Assembly: GCA_002633005.1 (NCBI GenBank)
Contig: NMRA01000008.1
Location: 2,128,809 to 2,192,808, forward strand
Source of the DNA: Phoronis australis
Lineage: Eukaryota > Animalia > Phoronida
DNA length: 64,000 nucleotides
Direction of reading: 5' to 3'
Shown: piece after piece, positions 36,901-48,014 of the stretch
Numbering within the stretch: the first letter of the stretch is position 1
Layout of the letters: every line of letters begins with the position of its first letter
Notes under the pieces: model-generated
Seen by the model: only the letters and a program-made list of their open reading frames with translations
Told to the model about the DNA's origin: nothing
Database searches by the model: none
Translations under genes and position numbers: made by a program

Positions 36901-39900
36901 ACAAATTACATCATCACTGTACTTAACTCAGGGGTCATGCCAATCAAACAGAATAACAAAACAAAACAATATACAACTACAAATCCTGTCAGACTATATT
37001 CTGACATCCCTACAGTTGTCCATTAACTTGCTCAACGTGTTAGTCACGCTAAGTCTGTTTGACCAGATTTTGTAAGGCATTGTTAAACTTGAATCAAACT
37101 TTGAGCATTTTCCAGTGGTCTACAGATCATTGTTTTGTTTCAAATATTTAAATTTTAAGTCTACATTAATTAGATTCTGTTAACAGTCAAAAATTGGGTT
37201 CAGTGTCCTTTTTGTTAACCACAGTTCAATGCTTTATTTGCAGGACCAAACACTCTGATGTCGTGTCATTCCAGCATACAATATCTTATTTTAAATGGTT
37301 GCTATAGACTGGACACTTCTATATTTCGAAACATATCAAGGTACTTGATAAATCTTGTGAGTATAACATCTGGTATGCATACTTAAAGCAGGTGTTGTGA
37401 GATGTTCCAAACTAGCAGTGAGCTTATACATGTTTCACTCATAATTATGGAATCTATTAATCTGCTGTGATTTTGTAAAGCTGTTGACTGTGCACTGTTA
37501 GATTTGATACGGATTTTAATATGAATACTTAAACTGACCGTGCTGGTCACTGTTTGTAGTTACGTAGTGTATACTACGTGCCGAAAATATTGGCATGTGA
37601 TAACCCACATTCACCCACATTCACCCACATTCCAGCGACTCTTGATTGGCTGTTCCACTTGCATTCAATCATCGTGACGGGAAATCCACTTGCAGTCAAG
37701 CAGAATTCTGCGTCATTTTGTCTGGTTCCTTCTGGCATGTACTGTTACAAAATCCAATTCAAAGATGAGAAAATTACCACAATGTGAGATGAGATCATTC
37801 AAAATGTTCTGCTGTCGTGTCTCGTTTTTGTCTCTGAATGTCATTCTTCTTCACTGTAAACTGTGTTCGCTGATGTGGAGTACACTTTGTGTAGGAGCTC
37901 CTGGACATATCAGATGTTCACTGCACAAATGATGATTGCATGGCGATGATTGCAGATGGCTGTCCTGGACTGCGCACGTAAGTGTTCTATATTGTAGACT
38001 AAGAGCACTGTCCATGAAACCTTAATTACAACTATATGCAGAGGCACAGTCCATTGAAACCTAATGTCTTCAGCAGACATGGCAGTATGTTTGCATTCAG
38101 AATTGGTTATCGTCTAGGTGCAGTATGTAAGCAAGCCATGTAAACAAATCTCTAAGTCGAATTCTGATTTGGGAAGATACGCATCCCAACCATCTATTTT
38201 TGGCTTAAAATTTTGAAAACTGCCCGATACATGCAACTATGGCAATTTCTTTGATTTCTTACACATTTCATCTTTATCCACTCCAGGTTTTTGATGTGAA
38301 AATGGAGATCTCATTCCTGTCTGGGTTTGGTTGACTTATGTTACAAACCAGTCTTGCCTGACTGTTGTGAAAACTTATTGTTTTTTTCTGTTTAGATCGG
38401 TGTAGCTTAATTAACGTATATCTGGCTTTATTACAGCAAACATTCGGAACTTGTTTCCAAAGCATCAAAATTGGCCCAGAAATAATTAAGTTACAACTTG
38501 AGCTCACACTATCCTGTCAAATAACACATAGCCTGCCCACGACAGTAACATGAATTAGGTGCCTGGCATAGCTTAAGCGGGATCATGGGAGGGTAACCAT
38601 GTAACTTGTCGCCTAAGATGGTTCTTTTCAATCTTAATAAAGTGCTTAAAAACCACCATTTACGTTGTTCTGAAAAAAGGGGAGGCAGTGTGGCCTAGTG
38701 TGATAGGTGCCCGCCTTCTTTACTTGAGGTCGTGGGTTCGAGTCCCACCAGGTCACACTGCTAAACCCTTGAGTCAGGTTTCTAGCTCCTCAGCTTGGTT
38801 TCAACTATTATTAATAAAGCACAAAAATATTTCCAGGTGATCAGTGCAATGGGCCCACATGCGCGGCCTGCGCACGTCTGGTACGTTTACCATACCGCCT
38901 GCAATAATTTTTTTTTTTGTTCTGACTAGTGACTATATTGTCAGCATCATTAAAAATTCCTTTGTAGCATTGCAACTGTGAATCAATTCAATATCCCCAA
39001 AACGAGAAAATAGATGAAAAGTGACTTTAATTGAAATTTTTTTAGCTCCAAGGACATGAGTGTGACTTATGAACTCACCCAGCACCACTGAGTGTATTAT
39101 GTCCATCAACAAGCAATTTAATCTTGTACAAACTTGTGCCATATCCATGCTTCTCTGTCGTCACTTGGGAAAGTGAAGAGTCACAGCATGTTCAGAGGTG
39201 CCACGACCACCATAAATACAATGCCTCACCATATTTATAAACCACGGAAAAATGAGCAGCAATATCTGACCACTTCTCGCAGTAAACGCAGTGGAGGGTG
39301 ACTAAGGCTGTGATTGGTTGCCCGGATTCTACGTATTATGCATCCACCAATTAGTGCTCGTAACTCGAGATCAGCTAATTAACATATCGTCAGATGGTGT
39401 TTGAGGGTGCTCTAATTTTACAGCGGACCGTTTTTTGTATTTTGAACATCGAATTGATGGTTTTTGCACTGTATTCATGATGTGGGTCTGTTGTAGATTA
39501 AATATCTATGGCTGTAACAAACTTACGGGGTATGGAATAATGCAGGTATGTAGATCTTATTAAGAGACTCTAATTTTCCATTTTGAGTAACACGAAATTT
39601 TATTTTAGCTCAGTATCTAGAATTCCTTTTCACCTATTTTTAAGAAGCAAATTCCTTTTGAGAGCAAACAAAACTTCATCATTCGTGACTATCGTTAGTG
39701 CTAACAAACAGGTCATTGCGACGTGTTAAAACAGGTAGTAGAGAATATGGAACACTGCACACTCAGACTTTTGAAAACTTAGTTTATAACTGCCTTAGGG
39801 TTCTCCTAAAATCTATGAGTATATTAATTATAACCATGTTTCTTTTCAGGTTGTTGGGAAGTGTAGTAAGCTTCAACAGCTGGACCTCTCTTACTGCGTC

Positions 39901-42900
39901 CAACTCACTGTCCCCGAGTGTCTGACCAGCCTACCTGTCTCACTGACCAGTCTCACGCTGACGGGCATCCAGCTTCAGTCAGGTGACATCCTCATAAATG
40001 GTCTCGTGCGTCTTCGCAACCTTACACGACTGTACATGTGTGGAGTGGATGCCGTCAACGACGACACGCTACGACAGGTCTCGTTGTCAGCACTGTTTGT
40101 TTAGCAAAGTGATAATAAATCAGTGTTCTTCACTGCAGAAAGTTCACACTTGATGGGAGTCTGTATGATTAAAAACCGGACGATTGCCGCACAAATCAAG
40201 AAGTTCATGTTAAATCAACGTTTCGTCTATTCGTTAGACATCATCAGGATATTTACATAGAACAAGTGCCAACATACATCTCAGGTGACATCCATGAAGT
40301 GAAGTGAGAGATACAGATTAGTCAGTAGCTGGTCATCACCATAGTTGCAGGGTCACTGAGCTCTGCAGGTTGTTCAGATAATCAGTAGCATGCTGGTTCT
40401 GAATGGCCAGTTACTCTTTAATGTACAGTAATTCCTTATTGTTTTCTCTGCAGTTAACATTTACTGAATTGGCTTGGTGATTGTTGCTAACACAATGCCT
40501 ATATATGTTGCTAGGCATTGTGTTAGCAACAATCACCAAGCCAATTCTTTTTGAACACAGACTCTTCAAGTACTTGGACACCAACTGACCCACTTACAGC
40601 TGAGCGCCTCTCCTCGTGCCCCTGGCCAGGTACGACAAATTTTCTTACTTGGGATTTTGTAAATATTATCCTTAATTGATATTGTGTCCAAATAGGCACC
40701 AAAAAATTAGGCTTGACTTTGATGTCAGTTTAGGTGCAATGAGGGAAGTTTGACAATGCCTTTGTCGACAAATCATCAACTTCCTTATAAGGAACAAAAT
40801 TCAGATATTAATGACACATTGGCCACATTTTCCACTGGTCCATACAAGCCTCCTGCCAGGCATGCAAACGATCATGAAAGAGCCCTTGTGTTTTTTTTGT
40901 AACCTATCTGCAATTAGGGCATGTGTTACGGATCCTTCTAGGTGGATTATCACTTCTAGCTTTTGGTTAATTTGCTAACTCTTGTATTGAGATAGGACGG
41001 AAATAAACACTGCTAGTACCGTTGCTATGGTGAGCTCATATCAAGGTTATGCTTCGTTCACTTCTCTAAATTAGCTCCTAAATTTTATAAGCTGTGGACA
41101 GACATCTCTTGTCTGATGTTCATTTATGGAGTTGATGTAACTGAAGCTTGCCAACACTCAGAGCTTGTATTTCTTCCTCTGACGGATGCTAAGGAAAGTG
41201 AAACAAATCACTATTAAAGCGCAATGGCGCAGTGCCCGAAAATAGTAATCATTCTATTCATCTAGGGTAACATTGTCTTCGCGCAATATGCCTTAGTTTT
41301 GGATTGAAACTTTTGCGAGGATGTGGCTATCCTGACATGTAATTGTATTGACCTGCCTAATGTATACAACATACTACTAGATGTTTCCTGTTTCAGCTGT
41401 CTGACATTGGGTTGGAAGCCATCGCTGACTACTGCGTGAACCTAGAAGTCCTACTCTTGAGCTGTCCCTGCGGAAGCTACACTGGTAGTACACTGCTGCC
41501 CATCACGGACAACCCTGAGAGGTGCAAGTTGATTCGAGAAATCGGCCTGTCTTCGCGCATGGTATGTTGCCTGCTTGTGTTTATGAGTAGTTTTCAAAAA
41601 AATTGATCAATCATTGATTTTGTCTACAGTTTTCAAAAAGTTAACCAAAATTGCTGAGCTTTGTGGACGTTTTTTTAGCATGGTGAAGGTGATCAGGAAA
41701 AATTGTCGGTATATTGTTTGAAAACTAGTCAAAAATCATCCTAGAATTTTGACAGAAACAGCTGCTGAAGAAAAAGTTCTCAGAACTTTAGTGATTACGA
41801 GCTGCTGAAACTACAGTCTTGGCAAACGTAGACAGTTGATTTGACCTAGTCGTTGGTGTGACTTGTTTGTTGTTTTTACCACCAGACTTTAATGATTGTT
41901 TTACAAACAAGTAGGACCAAATTTTCTAGTACCCTCAAGTTGTTTTTTTAATAAAATCCATGTGCACACTCCAGTCAGGTCCTTTATTGTTGTACGTACA
42001 CTGCAGCACGTTAGGATCGAGTGCTTATGGAAAAGCATTCATTCGGTGGTTCACATTTTTACGAACAGAAATAATTGAGCGTTAATTTAAAGTAAATTTT
42101 ACTTGCCACATTGTGCCTTATATTAGTTAGATTTCACTGTAACTGGCCTGTTATGCTACAGCATTGTATTGATTAATCTATTGAAAAACCTGGGCTTGTG
42201 TTTGGAATTATGTTTAGATGTAAAAGACTGCCAAGATACGGTGTTCACTCCTTGTGAGGATAACCGAAACTTTACGAAACCATATCAAGGTTTAATGACT
42301 AGTTCATAAGAAAAGAGATAAAGGAAACTGGAAGTCAGAAGAGAAATATTCGTTGATTATAAAAAAAGACTCAGTTGTAATTTTTTGCTCCAATATTTCA
42401 CCAACTTAACCTTAGTTTCATGATTATAGAGTTTATTAGTCTCTTTAATTGTTTTCGCAGATTTGCCAAGAATTAATTGACGCCGTTTCTGAGAGGTGTT
42501 GCAACCTGGAGTTACTGGACTTATCCGGCCTTGCTAGCGTAATCACCGATTCCACTCTGATAAGTTTGGCCAACAACTGTCGGAGTTTACACACACTGTA
42601 TATGAAAGGATGTAACCAAGTAAGATTTAGTAACAGTGCCTCTTTACTGGATTACCCGAGGTCTAAATAATGCCAAATTTTGACATTTGNGGGGGGGGGA
42701 GCGTTGAAGAGCTAAGTCAAAGTTCTGTACTAAATAAATATGAGCACTGCACCAGAAATCGCTTTTGCATCATATCCAGGTTCTTGTTCACTCCTTTGCA
42801 TACACTCACAAGTAAGACTCAGCTCACAGGAGTAGGAGACACAGTTGTGCTATGCTCGAATGTCTACCAACAAAGCCAGGATTCGAATCGAGTCTCCCAA

Positions 42901-45900
42901 ACGCGAGCTGGAGCTCAAACCTCTGAGCTACGCCGACTTCTGTACTTACAAGTGGCGCACCTACTGTCGTTGCAAAAGTTTGTCTTCAATTCTTTTCAAT
43001 TTATGTCTGTCTCGAGGTTTTCTATCAAAGAATTGATCAAGTGTTGTTGACGATCGCACAACACCATTTAGAGGTTGACACAAATGGATGATGGTCGTAT
43101 AAGTGATAGAAGCCCTGTAATAATAATAATAAGTAAGGTTAGATGCCTCATGTTATCCCAAGCACGACTTATAAGGTTAAGTGCAACAATTTTGTTCTAT
43201 TCAGGCCACAATATGACAGACATTTGAAATTTTGTTTTGTCAAAATTTTCAGCAGAAATAAATAAAATTTATACAAAATTTACTCAGACTGGTATTAACC
43301 GAGTGTGTAGGTGTCACAAAATGGCATTTTGATTATTACCGTAAACTCAGGGGTTAATGCCTTGGGCACTCAAATTGGGAAACCCTGAGATGGGGTTGGC
43401 GATTACCCAAGCAATGGGCGCTAAAACAAAAATTGGCAAAAAGTTGGGAGTGAGCGATTACCTGGGCATGGGTGTTAACCCACGAGTTTACAGCAATCAG
43501 CCTTTGGAAAATAGAAGTGTGACAATGTTGGCAATTAATTTTGTGCGATATAAGTGAATGATTGTCACACAGTAAAACTCGCAAAAGTTGTCCATGCACA
43601 AGTTAGATCTTGAACTAGGTCAAAGTTCCGCGATACGAATTTTCGACGTCTCTTGGCTCTTCATCTAAGTATGATTTCACCTTTCTCTCAGTCTAGTTGG
43701 GTATGACTCATGTGTGTTACTGTGTCACGTTGTCGTCTCATTACATTACAAATTATGGCCTCATATAGCTTGTCTTGTTACATTTCGCAAATATTTTCTT
43801 TTCAAGCTAACAGACGTGGGTGTTTGTGCTGTGGCTCGTTCCTGCTCCCTTAAAGTCATCAGCCTCTCCGGAAACCGCTTGGTGACTGATCAGAGCATCT
43901 TCACCATCGCCAACAGTTGCTCGTACTTGGAGGAGATCTATTTAAATGGCTGTTACCATGTCTCACCAGCTGTGGTCAGATACCTCAGAGTGAGTACTGT
44001 TTGTTTATCCTTTGTCATGCAGTCACTAATGACCTGGAAAGGTAATACGTAGGTATGGGGGAGGATCTACTATGAGAGCAGATGGTGGGTATTGTCTCGG
44101 GGTACGTTTTTCAACGTTCAATATTGCCTTGGGTACCCATTTTTCTGCATTGCTTTGGATTTTAAATGTTCATTATGCTGAAGAAAGCCCCTGTTTGAGA
44201 TGATGTGATGCTACTGAATAACTGAGATGTGTTCCCTACGATGCTAATAGAATGTATCCCTTCCCGGGTTGCAACAGAATACTTCCCTACTATATTTTTA
44301 TGATGAATTTGACCCTACCATTAATTTTCTGACAAAAATACACACAAAAATTGAGTTCTTCAGCCTACAATGGACCCTTGCTTTCTTAGCTCAATAAGTG
44401 ACCTACTTTTGTAGCATTGCCTCGTACGCCAGTTGATACTCCACCCTTCCTTGATGTTTAAGTTACTCAGACACTGAAAATGTTTTGCGCCAAACCATTT
44501 GAAGGGTCAGATGTGTTCCTATTGAGAAGACCATGGCCGATGTAGATTTTCGGATGAGACTGTCCTCTATGGGGGCCCCCTAGTGGCAACTTTTTTGTGT
44601 CCACAACAGTCTCTCCTGAACCATTCGCATGTTCTTTGTGGAATGTGGTCAATGCACTCCTATGAATGTGATAAATGGATGATGACGACTTTTGATGGAT
44701 CTGACTGCCCTTGTGCCTCCTTGTTGCAATTTTTGTTTTTGCATTTGCCTCTGTATCTTCCAAGTTCCTTGGTGGATTTTTATGAAATTTGATTTCTGTT
44801 ATAAGGAGATGACACTGTCCCTTTTTTGGATGGATGTTTCTTATTCTGTGTCATCTACTGGCCATTATTATTATCAAGTCTGTTCTTGGCATCCCCATAT
44901 ATATGCCAACCTCACAAAAGATCATTGTGTTAATTGGCAGATGAGTTTCTTCTGGCAAAAGCATGACTGATGTTGATTTTTTTGGATGGCTCCAACTACT
45001 GTGGCACCCCCTAGAAGCTTACCATTGCGTTGCAATCATGGGCAGATTTCAATGGTTTGGTTTGGTTAACAGCACCCTATTTTCTATGTGTCCACAAAAT
45101 TTAGTTGACACTGGCTAATGCAGTTCTAAAAAATCTTGGCAGTGAACTATATTCAACTTTATGTCTAAAAACATGCAATTGTAATTTAAATCTACAATTA
45201 GTTTCAGGACAAGTCACGGTCCACTTAAAAAACAGCGAGAGTTCAGATTAAATAATGAGTTACACAGAGTAGTTATCAAAATAAACTGGACAGTGTCTAA
45301 ATTCAACAAAGTTTTGACTCACAAAAACACAACTAAATAATTCTTTTTACCTGGAATCCCATTCTGTGCTTGACGAGGGGCTTTTCAAGTGTTGTTTTGG
45401 GGAGAATAGAGTTTCCAGATGATATTTAGTGAATGATTTGCGGATTACAGTGTCAAAGTGATTCTTTTCACTTCGAGTCGCATTCAATGCTGGCTAAATC
45501 TCAACAGGTGTTGCTTCTTACACTGTCTTTATCAAAACGTGTACTCATGGTGCAAGGCTATTCACATGAGCAGCTAGGCACATTTAACTCCGATTGAATT
45601 TTTGACAAAGGTCCTATTTTTGTGACTTAAGTTCCACTTAACTGCCAAGTAATTCTAGCAAGAAGTTGGACATATTTTGATGGAGTTTGAGAACTTTTTG
45701 TCGACGTTTGTCTAGTTTATTTTGAAAACTATTGTTCCAAGTTTCTGTCTAGTAATCTATTTTATTTTACCTAATTTGTTTGGTGATGTTTTAACTGAAA
45801 TCCTCAAAACAGTGAACAGTGTAAATTTGCTTTGTTCTTGCTATATTCTATATTACTTTTTATTGTAGGACACATGCATTCCACGAGTTTTCACATACCA

Positions 45901-45982
45901 CAAGCTTCCCAATGTGTCCTCAAGTATGATAATGGCCAAGAACTTAGACACTGGTGAATTCTGTAGAGCCGACTTGATGTGA
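33920..45982 (+). CDS. AMN1-like BC-box plus cysteine-containing LRR protein, about 539 aa. Exons 33920-34220, 35339-35494, 37244-37356, 37895-37977, 39497-39545, 39850-40077, 40561-40629, 41397-41561, 42461-42619, 43807-43989, 45869-45982
   Basis: The N-terminus SLLHMCVQCIAESI...LAPAHKELIL resembles the AMN1/ZER1 VHL/BC-box. Repeats of type LxxLxLxxCxxLTD follow, e.g. LQQLDLSYCVQLT, LHTLYMKGCNQLTDVGV, LEEIYLNGCYHVS. All 11 exons are GT-AG and in phase. Confidence 0.85.
34769..34993. mobile_element. Tc1/mariner-like MITE family; other copies at about 48711-48828, 49555-50691, 58230-58604 and 60333-60612
   Basis: Shared ends TA-CAGTAnAAG(C/A)CAAAAGTA... and shared core cagagtagtctcccc...ggaaagtta...aattagaa. 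Confidence 0.65.
36195..37006 (-). mobile_element. Solo LTR (812 bp) in intron 2 of the LRR gene
   Basis: TGTCA...TGACA termini, 5-bp TSD TCCCT (36190-36194, 37007-37011), minus-strand TATA-like signal (about 36665) and AATAAA (about 36298), internal short tandem repeats. Confidence 0.8.
38673..38916 (+). mobile_element. tRNA-derived SINE nested in another repeat
   Basis: A box tggcctagtg, B box ggttcgagtcc, T-rich tail, flanked by TTGTTCTGA direct repeats. A second copy lies at 9361-9590. Confidence 0.8.
42730..42935 (-). mobile_element. Degenerate tRNA-derived SINE (second family)
   Basis: Minus strand gtagctcagaggt (A box) ... gattcgaatcc (B box), with no intact cloverleaf. Confidence 0.5.
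43339..43493. mobile_element. pogo/Tc1-like MITE
   Basis: TA followed by CCGTAAACTCAGGGGTTAA, inverted to TTAACCCACGAGTTTACAG. Confidence 0.6.
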
Positions 45983-48014
45983 AGGACTTGTTCCAGTGAT
46001 TAGACTCACAAACCACGGAAGGGCTGTAACTGGTCTTATTGGACAAGTGGACACTTGAGTTCTTGAAAGGATGCCACAGACTTTTGAAGGAGTAGCTCAA
46101 GAAGACAACTTAGCAAATTTACTTTGAATGTATCACATATTTGGCCATGAACATTCACCTCAATCTAAACATTATATGTGGTTGCATAATCCGTCATTTT
46201 CATCCATCCATCCAGTTCCCACTGTTGTACAATATCTCTAAAATATCTCAATGCATGTTCATTGGAAATTTTGCAAAATCAAGATTTTCATGAAATTTGA
46301 CCTATAGGTTTCTCTTATGGAGACGACGATTTAAGATGTATTCTATGTAATCTGCGCCCCCTAGTGGCCATTTTTATTTTTCCATCTGTTTTTGGCATCA
46401 GTTTATCTATCTGCCATACAGTTTGATGAATAATTAAGAAATTTCTCAAATGTGTTCCTATTGAGAAGAAAACAGCAGGCATTGATTTTCAGATGTGTTG
46501 AACTACTGATGCGCCCCTTGTGGCAATTAGTCTTATTTTTGAGTATACTTATGTCAAGTTCCTTGATGGATTTTCATGAAATTTGGCTAACAAGTTTTTG
46601 TTAAGATGACACATTTCCACTTCCAATGGAGTTAATTTATTGTGTGCTCTTAAGTGAGCGACTGTTTTTATTTTTGTCTTATTTTTGGCATCCGCCTCTC
46701 AAACCACCAAAGCGCCTGAATGATTATGAATTTGTTCAGATATGTTCCTATTGAGATGATCACGACTGGAATAACTACTGTCCAACTAGTGTGGTGTCCA
46801 TAAGTGGCAAACATGTTGTGTATGAAACGAGAAAAATGTCCAAACTTGGCTAACTTCGGAACATCTTAGAAATGGTTGATCAGATTCAATGCATTATGTA
46901 GTGTTCCAGGTATTGTTTAATTTTAAAATGATTTACTTTTACATCAATAATAGGGCTTCCCTGATTTTTGCATGGAACCAAAGCGAAACGATTTAGAAAT
47001 TAAAGTATTACAGCATTTTTAAACATTATATCGAATGGAAATTTGGTCAATGTTATTTAAGCCATTGTTTTTCTGTGAATGTTTCTTTTTAAAAATTATT
47101 TTACAAATCCTTTGTTATGTAACTCAATTAATGTCAGATATAAAGTCAAGTTCTACAGGCTGTCTGTATTCAAATAATATATTGACTTACCAATTTAAAA
47201 TTTGTACTTCAAGTATTTGGCTAAATGCACGCAGTTGTTGTCAAGGTCCTACCCAACTTAAAGGGAGAGGGTCAATAAATTGGGATTAGAGTGTCACATG
47301 ATAGGAAAACCTCATTAGACCAACACGATAGCTCACCAGTAACACATTCTATAAAAAGATAACCTAGTGGATTCTCACAACTCGACAACGGTACAATTAG
47401 GGCATGTAAGACGCACGTGGACGATCATGATGGTAAAGTGTGCCTGTGGCCTTCATTTTTGAGTTCCCTAAATACCCTGAGTTAGCAAGGAACTGATTAC
47501 AATTCGCATATTGTTGTCTTCTGCTTAGTCTGTGTGTGATGTAAGCAGAGTACACTGTATTTGGATTCTAAATTGACAGTAAAAGCGGGAAGTTGGTGGG
47601 ATGCACTTTTAATCCCATTCCCAGTTTTATTCACTTGTACGATGAGCACACGAAAGTCTGTGCCTATGCCTTTAATGGAAGAAAAGTAAACGAAGATATG
47701 TACCAAAATTTATTGTATGAAAAACTTCAGCATATTTTGACATAAATTAAATTTAATGAATGCAAAATACTGTTTGAAAACAGTAAAAGCAGAATGACAT
47801 TCAAGAATCCAAGGTCCATGATGTGTAAAGTTCTCATCCATAGTGAAACCTCTAATTTACAACTGACATCTGATGTTCAGTACAGAAATGCAGCATCGCG
47901 TTTGCAATCCCAGACGTAAGACAACATCTCAGCTATGACTATTCGTACCACCTTTAATAAACCATGCTGAGAATGACTGCACTAGTTTCAAGCATGATGC
48001 AACCGTAGACCCGA

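Noticed and set aside
38680-38755. tRNA gene
   Set aside because: A and B boxes are present but there is no proper cloverleaf. It continues into a shared body and tail with a TSD and has a second copy, so it is a SINE.
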